From Candidatus Parcubacteria bacterium (lineage in GTDB: Bacteria; Patescibacteriota; Minisyncoccia; UBA6257; 2-01-FULL-56-20): DNA of 64,000 nucleotides. A program made the translations under genes and the position numbers. This document shows positions 9,551 through 18,798 of this stretch, piece after piece (the first letter of the stretch is position 1; each line of letters begins with the position of its first letter). Location of the stretch: positions 2,945 through 66,944 of the forward strand of contig DAHVRZ010000001.1 of the NCBI GenBank assembly GCA_027324805.1, given 5' to 3'. The notes under the pieces were generated by a model, which did no database searches, was not told where the DNA came from, and saw only the letters and a program-made list of their open reading frames with translations.

Positions 9551-10209
9551 GTATTCTCCTCGGCGAGGTGGGCGTGGTCGTTGTAGATCCATACATTCCA
9601 CCTCGACCCTTCGCCGGATTTTTTTTCGCGGTATCGCAGGACGGTGAGTCCTGTGTTCTCCGTCTCCGACATTTTCTGGAATCTCCTGAACGCCTCGCCC
9701 GAGAGCAGATCGCCAAGCAGGATGCGCGCCGTGAGCGCGCGGAGGAAATAGCCATGGGTCACGACAAGCACCGACCGTTCCGGCCTTTCCTCGAGGAACA
9801 CCATCGCCTTTTCCGCGCGGGCCATGATGTCGTCGAAATTCTCTCCGTCCGCCACGCGCACCCCGGGCGTGTAGAGCGTCTCGTTCCACTCCCGCCAGAG
9901 CCTTGCCGCCTCTTCGTCGGTATGCGGGCTGCCGTTCACCCTTGCGGGCTTCATCCGCTCCACAAAAAGCGCCGATTCCTCCGGCCGCTTCCCCGTCGCC
10001 TTGGCGATCGCTTCCGCAGTCTCCGCGGCGCGGCGGTACGGGCTCGTTATGAACGCCTCGAAGGCGATGCTCCGCGCCCGCGCGGCGATCATCTCCGCCT
10101 GCTTCCGACCGCGGTCGCTGAGCGGCGAATCCGGCGACTGGAAGACGGGCGACACATTGTCCGCACTCTCCCCATGCCGCACGAAGTAGACTGTTTTCGC
10201 GGTGGACAT
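9535..10209 (-). CDS. Histidine phosphatase family protein (phosphoglycerate mutase-like branch)
   Basis: 224 aa. RHGE catalytic motif (VYFVRHGESADN), second motif SPYRRAAETA, C-terminal VVTHG catalytic His. Leaderless-type promoter (TGGTATGAT) just upstream. Confidence 0.85.
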   Translation of the reverse strand: MSTAKTVYFVRHGESADNVSPVFQSPDSPLSDRGRKQAEMIAARARSIAFEAFITSPYRRAAETAEAIAKATGKRPEESALFVERMKPARVNGSPHTDEEAARLWREWNETLYTPGVRVADGENFDDIMARAEKAMVFLEERPERSVLVVTHGYFLRALTARILLGDLLSGEAFRRFQKMSETENTGLTVLRYREKKSGEGSRWNVWIYNDHAHLAEENTKTAP

Positions 10210-10274
10210 ATTAATTCCATCATACCAAAACCGGTGCGTGCCGCGCGAATGGGCGGCATGATATAATCCATATT

Positions 10275-11261
10275 ATGAAACCTGTCCTTGTCTCCGGAAT
10301 CCAGCCGAGCGGAAAATTGCACATAGGCAACTATCTCGGCGCCCTCAAAAACTTCACCGGCCTCCAAAACTCGGAGGATTATCAGTGCTATTTCTTCATC
10401 GCCGACCTGCACTCGATCACGGAGGCGTTTGATCCGAAAGAAAAGCGGAAGCAGATCATCGAACTGTGCGCCGATTATCTCGCCGCCGGCCTCGACCCCA
10501 AGAAGTCCGTGCTCTTCATCCAATCGAAAGTCGCGGCGCATAGCGAGCTTTCGTGGATACTCAATACAATCACGCCCATGGGTGAACTAGAGCGCATGAC
10601 GCAGTTCAAGGATAAATCCCTTCGGCAAGAGGAGAACATCAACGCAGGGCTATTCGATTACCCGGTGCTCATGGCGGCGGACATCATCCTTTACGACGCT
10701 CGCACGGTACCCGTAGGCGACGACCAGCTCCAGCACCTCGAGCTCACGCGCACGCTCGCGCGCAAGTTCAATGCGAAGTTCGGCCAGACGTTCATCGAAC
10801 CTAAGGGCCTGCTTACGAAGACCCCGCGCGTGATGTCGCTCAAGGATCCGACCAAGAAGATGTCGAAGTCGCAGCCGGAGGGATGCCTCTTCCTCGATGA
10901 CGAGCCGGAGGCGATAAAGGCGAAGGTATCGCGCGCCGTGACGGATTCAGGGACGGCCATCGCGTACGATCCGGAGCACCGACCCGGCCTCGCGAACCTG
11001 CTCGAGATCTATGCCGCCCTCACCCATCTCGAACCGCGCGCCATCGCGGCGGAGTTCGACGGAGAGAGCTATGCCGAGCTCAAGCGGAAGCTCGCGGCGC
11101 TCGTCGCGGGACACTTCGCAGAATTCCGCATGAAGAAGAAAAAACTGCTCGCCTCCCCCGCCACGGTCATGAAGGTTTTCGATGCAGGATCGAAGAAAGC
11201 CACCAAGATCGCTGATGCAAAAATCGCCGAGGTTAAAAAGAAAGTCGGATTCGTGGCTTAG
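10275..11261 (+). CDS. trpS: Tryptophanyl-tRNA synthetase
   Basis: 328 aa. Class I motifs: HIGN (HIGH variant) near the N-terminus and KMSKS. Extended -10 TGATATAAT ends 7 nt before the ATG (leaderless). Confidence 0.92.
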   Translation: MKPVLVSGIQPSGKLHIGNYLGALKNFTGLQNSEDYQCYFFIADLHSITEAFDPKEKRKQIIELCADYLAAGLDPKKSVLFIQSKVAAHSELSWILNTITPMGELERMTQFKDKSLRQEENINAGLFDYPVLMAADIILYDARTVPVGDDQLQHLELTRTLARKFNAKFGQTFIEPKGLLTKTPRVMSLKDPTKKMSKSQPEGCLFLDDEPEAIKAKVSRAVTDSGTAIAYDPEHRPGLANLLEIYAALTHLEPRAIAAEFDGESYAELKRKLAALVAGHFAEFRMKKKKLLASPATVMKVFDAGSKKATKIADAKIAEVKKKVGFVA

Positions 11262-11264
11262 CGC

Positions 11265-14200
11265 TTAAATCTTCCTAAGGCCGATCCAGGCCTCCTGCCC
11301 TTCCATCTTTGCCGTTTCTTCGGCAAGGAATTTTTCTCCGTGTTTGTATTCGACGCGCGCGGCGCCGATCTCCGTCATGAATATCTTTTCATTGTGCACG
11401 AGGGCCTGTGCCGCTTCCGCCGGCAGTGACGCCATCGCGATGATCTTGTCCCTCGGCGAAAGTCCCGCCTTCTGGCGCAGTTCCTGGAACATGCGCACCG
11501 CTTCCCGGAGGAGGCCCTCCCGGCGAAGTTCCGGCGTGATCACAGTATCGAGCACCGGCTCCTTCGCTTTCGCGTTCACGATCACTTTTTTCACATTCAC
11601 TTCTTCCGCAAGGATCGCCTCAAGCTCTTTGCTTAATTTCACATTCACCGTGACCGAAGCGAGCGGCTGGCGAACCTTGATCCCCGCCTCCGCGCGCTTC
11701 GCGAGGCCCGCGGCCGCCGATTCCCGCACTACCGCCATTTCCGCAATTAGCTTTTTGCCTGCCGCGGGGAGTTTTGGCGCCTTGGGCCATGTTTCAAGAT
11801 GGACCGACTCCTTCATACCGCCGAGCGCGGCGTAGAGCCCTTCGCTCATGAACGGCGTGAATGGCGCCATCATTGCGACGACAGAGAGGAGGGTATGGCG
11901 AAGCGTCGCCGATGCGGCCTTATGATCCGCAGCGGTCGTCGGTTTTTGAAGACGGCGGCGCGAACGGCGGATATACCATCGGGAAAGATCATCCACGATC
12001 GCATCGAGCTCAAGCGCCGCTTCCCGGATCTCATAGCGGTCGAGTTTCGCCGTTACGGACGCCGCCGTTTCATCGAGCCGCGCGAGGATCCAGCGGTCGA
12101 GCACATTCTTCGGGTTCGCCTTCCGGCCGGCAACCGCAGGCGCGAGCTTCGCCCCCCTGTCCGCATACGTCTTCCAGAACACGAATGAGTTATAGACGAT
12201 GAGATGGGTGCGGCGGAACGCTTTTGCAATCTCGTTCTCGTCGAAATTCTTCGGCTCGCCGAACGGCGAACCGGTATAGAAGTACCAGCGGACGGCGTCC
12301 ACGCCGTATTTATCAATCACCGCAAACGGCTCCACGATATTACCCTTCGACTTCGACATTTTTTTGCCGAACTTGTCATTGATGAGACCGAACGTGATCA
12401 CATTGCGGTACGGCGCTTTGTGGCCGAGCGCGGTCGCGATCGCCATGAGCGTATAGAACCACCCGCGCGTCTGGTCCATGCCTTCGGCAATGTAATCCGC
12501 GGGATATTCGAGGCCGGACAGCGTTTTTATATTCGTCTTCGGAAGGGAGAAGGGATAATGGGCCTGCGCATAGGGCATCGCGCCGGAATCGTACCAGACG
12601 TCCGCCACCTCGCGCACACGCCTCATCGTCCCATGGGCGTTCTTTTTTGCGCACGCGGCACACGGGAATGCGATCTCGTCCACGAAAGGCCGATGGAGAT
12701 CAACTTCGCCGCTATCGTTGCGCGGCACGGTTTTCAGATGGAGTTCGCGCACATCGGCAAATCCGATGAATGCGCCTTTTTTTTCTTTGGCGCCGCGCTT
12801 CTCCATCTCTTCGATCGCACGCTTCTCGCTCCACCCTTCGGCCGTCTGGAAGAGCGCCCAGGCAGGATACTCATGAGTCACGACCAGGATGTTCTTTCCT
12901 TCATATTGCTTCTCGCAATCCTCAAGGAACTTCCATACTCGCGAACGTACGTCGCGCACCGACTCGCCTCCTTCGGGACGCTTCTCAAAGCGCGATTCGA
13001 GCGTCGGGAAGAATTCGCGGTACTTCTCGTCACGGAGACCCGTAAGCGACGGGCCAAGATGGATCTCTTCGAGCCGCTTATCGGCCGTACATTCCTTCGC
13101 CGGCACGCCGAGCTCCTTCATCGCAATCTCTGCGGTCTCGGACGTGCGCTCGATGTCGGAATGGATGATGAGGTCGATCTTCTCCCTCCTCTTCTTGAGC
13201 GCCGCCGCGAATGCCTTTGCCGACCGGGCGGCCTCTTTCTTTCCGCGCGGAGTGAGCTTGAGATATTTACGCTGGCCGGAATCGAGGATATCGAAAATGT
13301 TGCTCTCCGCCTCGCCATGGCGCATCACCCAGTAGCGGTTCTTGGAACCGCCCGCAAGCTGCGAAAGTTCGTCCATGCTCCCCACCACCTCCTTGTGACC
13401 GCACCCGGCGCATTCCCATACCGGCAGAGGCGCGCCCCAGTAGCGTTCGCGCGAGAGGTTCCAATCCTTCACTTCCCGGATCCATTCGCCGAAGCGGCCC
13501 TTCTTTACGTGGGCCGGCATCCAGTTCACGGAGGCGTTGTTCGCCTGAAGCTCTTTGCGCAGCCTGGACATTGCGATGAACCACGAGGTGCGCGCGTAAT
13601 AAAGCACCGGCGTACCGCACCGCCAGCAGAACGGATATTCGTGTGCGTACGGTTCCGTGCGGAGGAAATTACCGTGCGCTTTGAGATGCTCGAGCACCGC
13701 CTGTTCGGTCTCCTTCGCCTTGGCGTACATGCCCGCAAGCATCGGCACGTCCTTTGTGAACTTACCCTCGTCATCCACGGTATGGTGTTCCGGCAGGCCC
13801 TCCTTCTTTCCAAGCGCGTAGTCGTCCTCGCCATACATCACGGCCGTGTGCACCACGCCCGTGCCGTCGGTCGTCGTCACGAACGACGCCGGATATACCT
13901 TGTATGATTTCGGCGATCTCAATTTCTCCACATCGAAGAGCGGCTCGTATTCAAGGCCGACGAGCTGTTCGCCTTTCACCGCCCAAAACTTTCCCGCGCC
14001 TTCCAGTCCGAGACTCGCGATCCGATCCGTTGCCGCAATCAGATATTCGTCCCCGACCTCCACCGCGCGATACTCGATCTTCGGCCCGACCGCGAGCGCC
14101 ACGTTGCCCGGCAAGGTCCACGGCGTCGTCGTCCACGAAAGGATGTATATCGTATCGGAGGGCTGTATGACGTGGCTTCCGATCTTCTGCCCCGGCTTCA

Positions 14201-14882
14201 GTTTGAACTTCACATATACCGACGTATCGGTCACTTCCTGGTAGCCCTGTGCGAGCTCGTGCGACGAAAGCGCGGTTCCGCATCGGGTACACCACGGCAC
14301 CACCTTGTGGCCTTTATAGAGCAGATCGCGCTTTGCGAGCCGGGACAGGCTCCACCAGATGGATTCGATGTATTCCGGCGCGTAGGTCACGTACGCGTTC
14401 TTGAGATCCAGCCAATAACCGATGCGGCGGGTCATGCGCTCCCACTCGTCTTTATAGATCCAGACTTGCTCCTTTGCAGCCTCGTTGAACCTCTTGATGC
14501 CATATTGTTCGATGTCGCGCTTCGTTTTGAAGCCGAGCGCTTTTTCGGCAGCCATCTCGACAGGAAGGCCGTGCGTATCCCATCCCGCCCGGCGCGGAAC
14601 ATGGTATCCCTGCATGGTCTTGTAGCGAAGGACGACGTCTTTAACGACGCGGGAGAGCACGTGATGGATGCCGGGCTTGCCATTCGCATACGGAGGCCCT
14701 TCGTAAAACACGAACTCCTTCGAACCCTTCTTCTTCGCGAGGGATTTCTCGAAAATATGCCGCTCATCCCAGAATGCGAGCACTTTTTCTTCCGTACCGG
14801 GAAGATTGAATCCGTCACCGAGGAAATCGGGCGCACTTTTGGATGAAAGTGGCACTGCTTTACGTCGCTGTTTTTTGGGCAT
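11265..14882 (-). CDS. ileS: Isoleucyl-tRNA synthetase (type 2-like) carrying an inserted histidine-phosphatase domain
   Basis: 1205 aa. HHVLSR(HIGH-like)...KMSKS. CP1 editing domain present. Zn-knuckle region WECAGCG ... FPCAACAK is interrupted by about 210 aa (approx residues 513-722; nt approx 12717..13346) with an intact RHGE, SDIERTSETA and VVTHEY histidine-phosphatase signature. Confidence 0.9.
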   Translation of the reverse strand: MPKKQRRKAVPLSSKSAPDFLGDGFNLPGTEEKVLAFWDERHIFEKSLAKKKGSKEFVFYEGPPYANGKPGIHHVLSRVVKDVVLRYKTMQGYHVPRRAGWDTHGLPVEMAAEKALGFKTKRDIEQYGIKRFNEAAKEQVWIYKDEWERMTRRIGYWLDLKNAYVTYAPEYIESIWWSLSRLAKRDLLYKGHKVVPWCTRCGTALSSHELAQGYQEVTDTSVYVKFKLKPGQKIGSHVIQPSDTIYILSWTTTPWTLPGNVALAVGPKIEYRAVEVGDEYLIAATDRIASLGLEGAGKFWAVKGEQLVGLEYEPLFDVEKLRSPKSYKVYPASFVTTTDGTGVVHTAVMYGEDDYALGKKEGLPEHHTVDDEGKFTKDVPMLAGMYAKAKETEQAVLEHLKAHGNFLRTEPYAHEYPFCWRCGTPVLYYARTSWFIAMSRLRKELQANNASVNWMPAHVKKGRFGEWIREVKDWNLSRERYWGAPLPVWECAGCGHKEVVGSMDELSQLAGGSKNRYWVMRHGEAESNIFDILDSGQRKYLKLTPRGKKEAARSAKAFAAALKKRREKIDLIIHSDIERTSETAEIAMKELGVPAKECTADKRLEEIHLGPSLTGLRDEKYREFFPTLESRFEKRPEGGESVRDVRSRVWKFLEDCEKQYEGKNILVVTHEYPAWALFQTAEGWSEKRAIEEMEKRGAKEKKGAFIGFADVRELHLKTVPRNDSGEVDLHRPFVDEIAFPCAACAKKNAHGTMRRVREVADVWYDSGAMPYAQAHYPFSLPKTNIKTLSGLEYPADYIAEGMDQTRGWFYTLMAIATALGHKAPYRNVITFGLINDKFGKKMSKSKGNIVEPFAVIDKYGVDAVRWYFYTGSPFGEPKNFDENEIAKAFRRTHLIVYNSFVFWKTYADRGAKLAPAVAGRKANPKNVLDRWILARLDETAASVTAKLDRYEIREAALELDAIVDDLSRWYIRRSRRRLQKPTTAADHKAASATLRHTLLSVVAMMAPFTPFMSEGLYAALGGMKESVHLETWPKAPKLPAAGKKLIAEMAVVRESAAAGLAKRAEAGIKVRQPLASVTVNVKLSKELEAILAEEVNVKKVIVNAKAKEPVLDTVITPELRREGLLREAVRMFQELRQKAGLSPRDKIIAMASLPAEAAQALVHNEKIFMTEIGAARVEYKHGEKFLAEETAKMEGQEAWIGLRKI

Positions 14883-15016
14883 TATCCCTATAAATTAGCA
14901 GATTTTCCGCTTATTTTCCACGTCGCCAGAGAAACGGCCGCAACATGGGCGAATAAAAAATGCCTCGCATCGACGAACGATGCAAGGCAGATGACCTCCA
15001 ATAATCCCGCGACGGA

Positions 15017-15415
15017 TCATTCCGACACGACGAAGATCGATCCTTCGATTTTTGTGATGCGCTCGATGGCGGACCTCGGGATGGCGATCTTGTACGGCAC
15101 ATCGGCGAAGCCGCGTCCTTTGAGCACTACCGCAACGACGGGCTGCATTCCTGCCACCTTCCGGAGCAGGCGGACGGGAAGTGGCGGATGGATCCGAACC
15201 TTCCACCCCTTATTCAACATCAGGGCCTTTCCTGCTCCCGGAAGGAACGCTTCCTTCGGAACCTTGATACCCCCGATGCGGCACACACCCGGATCGGCGA
15301 AATTCGGCTGTTCCCAGAACGTTATCTCGCGCGTGACCATCTCGATGACGGACACCCTCCGCGCCGGCCGAACACTTTCGATGCCGGCCACGCCTACCAA
15401 CGTCAAATCGGCCAT
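15017..15415 (-). CDS. Hypothetical protein (conserved position between argS and ileS)
   Basis: 132 aa from the ATG preceded by a strong SD (GGAGGGGG, short spacer). The longer ORF to 15469 lacks an RBS. No recognisable motif. Confidence 0.5.
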   Translation of the reverse strand: MADLTLVGVAGIESVRPARRVSVIEMVTREITFWEQPNFADPGVCRIGGIKVPKEAFLPGAGKALMLNKGWKVRIHPPLPVRLLRKVAGMQPVVAVVLKGRGFADVPYKIAIPRSAIERITKIEGSIFVVSE

Positions 15416-15480
15416 ATACCCCCTCCGCAGGCCGCCGCATATCGGCGGTTCACTGCCTGGAAAGAGCATACCGTGGGACG

Positions 15481-17280
15481 CTATATCTTTTCAAGTGTGA
15501 CGATGCCGAGAAGACCGAGGCCCGTACGTAAAATATCCGCAGCTGCGGAAGCAAGCGCAAGGCGGGCCGCGCGCCGTTCGGTATCCTCATCCTTCAGGAT
15601 CGGCGTCGTCTCGTAGAATTTGTTCGCCGCGACGGCGAGCTTGTAGCAATATGCCGCGACGGCGCTTGGCGCGAGGCGCGCCGCCGCGCGCGCAACGATA
15701 TCAGGGAATTCCGCCATCCTCCTGATGAGCGCGAGTTCGCTCTCCGTGCCGATCTTCCCGGTGGCCGCACCGCCATCAATGCCGTTTGCAATGGCTCTTT
15801 CCACGTCACTATCAAATTCTTCGCGTGCCTTCCGTAAAATGCTTCGCAAACGCGCATAGGCATACTGGAGATACGGACCCGCATCTCCTTCGAATGAAAG
15901 GGATTTTTCAAAATCAAAAACGATGTCCTGTCCCGGATTCTGCTTGAGTATCGAATATTTTATCGCGCCGACCGCGATCGCCTCGGTCGCCGCCGCCCTC
16001 TCTTCTTCGCCGAGCGCGCTCCGCTCGCTCACCTTTTCCGCGAGGCGCTCCTTAACCTGACCGAGGAGCGCTTCCGCCGTGATCACGTCGCCGGTACGCG
16101 ATGACATCTTCCCCGTCGGTAGACGGAGCATCCCGTGGGGCATGTGCCGCGTGCGCTCCGCCACTTCCGGAGGCAAGACGAGCGACATCACCGCAAGAAG
16201 CACCCTGAAATAATCCACGATCTCGTTCCCGGTTACGACAACGGAAAGATCGAGCGGATACTCCTCGAACTTCTTCTTATTGAGGCCGAGCTCTTTCGCT
16301 TCGTACGTCGGAAGTCCCCGCGAGTTCACGAACACGCGCGTGTGAAGGCCGTACTTTTCTCCGGGAAACACCACCGCGCCGTCGCTCTTTTCGAATATCC
16401 CTCTCCCAAGGCCGTCATCCACCACATCGAGGCCCGGCGATGCCATTTCGCTTTCGAAATAATAGCGTTCGAACTTCGTGCCGAGGCGCGCATACAGCAT
16501 CTCGAAATATTCAAGGCTCCACGCGCGGCCGGCGGCGTACAATCCGTTCACTTCATCGTTCTTCTTCGCATAGATCTCCTCGTTCAAGGCATCGATCTCG
16601 CCCCGCGTCTCGAGCCCATCCTCATATGCCCGCGCGCCGTATGCGTACGCTTCGCCAAGGAATGCCATTTTGAGGCCAATATCATCGCCTTCGCCCGGCA
16701 TCACTTTTCCGATTCGCCGCATCCCCCACACCGCTTTCGCAACGTGGAGCCCGACATCGCCTTGATAGTTTGCACGGATCACCTTCGCACCCGCCGCCTC
16801 GTAGAGGCGCGCAAACGATTCGCCGATCGTATTGCTCATAAGATGACCTATGTGAAACAGTTTGAACGGATTAGGATCGGTGAATTCGACCATGACGGCC
16901 TTCCCCTTCATGCCATCGTTCGTGCCGTATACCGAACCGCCGTGGGCGCCGCGCCGCACCGCGACCGCGATCGAGGCGAACTCCATGCGCCACGCATCGT
17001 CGCTCATCCAAAAATTCACGAAACCCGGGGCGGCCGCCTCTGCTTTTTCGAAGAATCCTGCCGGTGCCGATACTCGCACCTTCTCCGCGATCTCCGCTGC
17101 GAGATCCATCGGTTTCATGCCGCGTTCCTTTGCAAACCGCATCGCCGCGTTCGTGGAAAAATGGCCTTGCGTTGCGGCGTCGTCAGGTACCGATAGCTCC
17201 CCTGCCGGCGCTGCGTTTCCGGCAATGCCGAGGGCTTCTTCCACCATCCCGGCGATTTTTGCTTTCATGGACATCTCCAT
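15481..17280 (-). CDS. argS: Arginyl-tRNA synthetase
   Basis: Class I HIGH motif (LFHIGHLMSNTIGES) and DALK-type anticodon-binding domain. Start placed at the MEMSMK cluster (17280/17274/17268); the upstream 34 codons of the ORF lack support. Confidence 0.88.
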   Translation of the reverse strand: MEMSMKAKIAGMVEEALGIAGNAAPAGELSVPDDAATQGHFSTNAAMRFAKERGMKPMDLAAEIAEKVRVSAPAGFFEKAEAAAPGFVNFWMSDDAWRMEFASIAVAVRRGAHGGSVYGTNDGMKGKAVMVEFTDPNPFKLFHIGHLMSNTIGESFARLYEAAGAKVIRANYQGDVGLHVAKAVWGMRRIGKVMPGEGDDIGLKMAFLGEAYAYGARAYEDGLETRGEIDALNEEIYAKKNDEVNGLYAAGRAWSLEYFEMLYARLGTKFERYYFESEMASPGLDVVDDGLGRGIFEKSDGAVVFPGEKYGLHTRVFVNSRGLPTYEAKELGLNKKKFEEYPLDLSVVVTGNEIVDYFRVLLAVMSLVLPPEVAERTRHMPHGMLRLPTGKMSSRTGDVITAEALLGQVKERLAEKVSERSALGEEERAAATEAIAVGAIKYSILKQNPGQDIVFDFEKSLSFEGDAGPYLQYAYARLRSILRKAREEFDSDVERAIANGIDGGAATGKIGTESELALIRRMAEFPDIVARAAARLAPSAVAAYCYKLAVAANKFYETTPILKDEDTERRAARLALASAAADILRTGLGLLGIVTLEKI

Positions 17281-17473
17281 TTTTGTTTGATATAACATGG
17301 ACGGGGAGCACGCAGGATGATCGTACGGCGGCAGCCATCTCTCGTCCTCGTCCTGAAGACGAATGCCTCCGTGCCCTGCCACTCCCCTTTATTTTCTTGA
17401 GGATACCTTAAAAACGGGGCCCTCACAATGATACAGAACCCGTTGTCGCGGGTTTTTCATCTATAATGAACCT

Positions 17474-17923
17474 ATGGAACCCTCATCCGCCCCCATCGCC
17501 GAGAACCGCCGTGCGCGGTTCGATTACGAAATAAAGGAAGCGCTCGAGGCGGGCATCGAGCTCGCCGGTTTCGAGGTGAAGAGCGCCAAGGCCGGCGCAT
17601 TCCAGATCGCGGGATCGCATGTGCTCATACGCGGCGGCGAAGCGTGGCTCGTGAATGCGCATATCCCGCCGTATCAGCCCAAGAATACGCCTCCCGATTA
17701 TGAAGAGGATCGCGCGCGGCGTCTGCTTCTTTCGAGCGCGGAGATCAAACGCCTGGAGGGCATCCTCCGCGACAAAATCCTGCACGCCGTCCCGCTGAAA
17801 GCCTATCTGAAGCACGGCCTCATCAAGCTTGAGGTGGCGGTGGCCCGCTCGCGGCGCAAATCCGACAAGCGCGACGTGCTCAAAAAACGCGCGCACCACC
17901 GCGAAATGCGGGAGGTGAAATAG
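17474..17923 (+). CDS. smpB: SsrA-binding protein SmpB
   Basis: 149 aa. IAENRRARFDYEI N-terminus and basic C-terminal tail typical of SmpB. Partner tmRNA found at 37590..37901. Confidence 0.9.
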   Translation: MEPSSAPIAENRRARFDYEIKEALEAGIELAGFEVKSAKAGAFQIAGSHVLIRGGEAWLVNAHIPPYQPKNTPPDYEEDRARRLLLSSAEIKRLEGILRDKILHAVPLKAYLKHGLIKLEVAVARSRRKSDKRDVLKKRAHHREMREVK

Positions 17924-17926
17924 ATA

Positions 17927-18712
17927 TTATTGCGCGGTCGAGGTGACCCCGATCGTCGAAGTGCCGTTCGTCGGCGCACCGGTCGCGGCCGTTCCGCCTG
18001 CGGCGGCAATCGCCTGGTTGATCACGGTCTCGAAATTGCTCGCGCTCGTGGGATTCGGGATCTGCTGAAGATTCACGAAGAACGTCGGCGTATGGTTGAG
18101 CTTGGCCGCATTGCCGCCATTGATGTCGTTCTGTATCTTATCCGCCACCTGCGACGAGTTCATCGCCGCATCGAACTGCGCCACGTTCAGTCCGATGGAT
18201 TGCGCATAGCCATTCAGATACTGTGAAGTGACCTGTGCCGGAGCGAGATTTGCATTCGTGGACCATTCCTGCTGCTTCGCGTAGAGGAGATTATGCATCG
18301 CCCAATACTTCGCCGGACCGCCGAGCACTCCCGCCGCCTCGGCCGCCTGGGACCCGACCATCGCGAACGGGTGGATGGTGGTCAGCGGATAGTTCCTGAA
18401 CACGAAGAGGAGATTGCTGCTGTCGTTATTGACGATCTGCTGTACGATCGATTCGTAATCGCCGCATGCGGGGCATTCAAAATCACCGTACTCGATGAGC
18501 GTCACTTTGGCGTTCGGATTGCCGATCACGTGGTCGGACGACGTTATTGCGGGCGCCGTCGAGGATACGAACCCATCGCTATTCGCCGCGGTTGTCCCTC
18601 CCGAACTCGACGAGAGCGCACCGGCGATGATGACGGCCGCCGTTACGACGACAATGAATCCCACAATGAACCATGCGGTCGTTCTGTTATAACCCGATGA
18701 ATTATTGGCCAT
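17927..18712 (-). CDS. DsbA-family thiol:disulfide oxidoreductase, membrane-anchored
   Basis: TM anchor then thioredoxin fold with the CPAC active site (YGDFECPACGDY). Start at the internal ATG (18712), which has TATAAT 6 nt upstream (leaderless). The longer ORF starts 18766. Confidence 0.8.
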   Translation of the reverse strand: MANNSSGYNRTTAWFIVGFIVVVTAAVIIAGALSSSSGGTTAANSDGFVSSTAPAITSSDHVIGNPNAKVTLIEYGDFECPACGDYESIVQQIVNNDSSNLLFVFRNYPLTTIHPFAMVGSQAAEAAGVLGGPAKYWAMHNLLYAKQQEWSTNANLAPAQVTSQYLNGYAQSIGLNVAQFDAAMNSSQVADKIQNDINGGNAAKLNHTPTFFVNLQQIPNPTSASNFETVINQAIAAAGGTAATGAPTNGTSTIGVTSTAQ

Positions 18713-18798
18713 GCCACTATTATACACGTATGTCGCATATGAAAAAAGCCGCGGTCGCCATCGCATAGTGCGAGGCGCCGCGGCATGAATGCACCGAC

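Noticed and set aside
12204-13907. 567-aa plus-strand ORF (also 11344..11835, 11799..12188, 12889..13335, 13846..14244)
   Set aside because: Lies antisense within ileS. Arg/Ala/Gly-rich, the typical shadow ORF of high-GC coding DNA. No RBS or motif.
16135-17196. 353-aa plus-strand ORF
   Set aside because: Antisense to argS. His/Arg-rich shadow frame.
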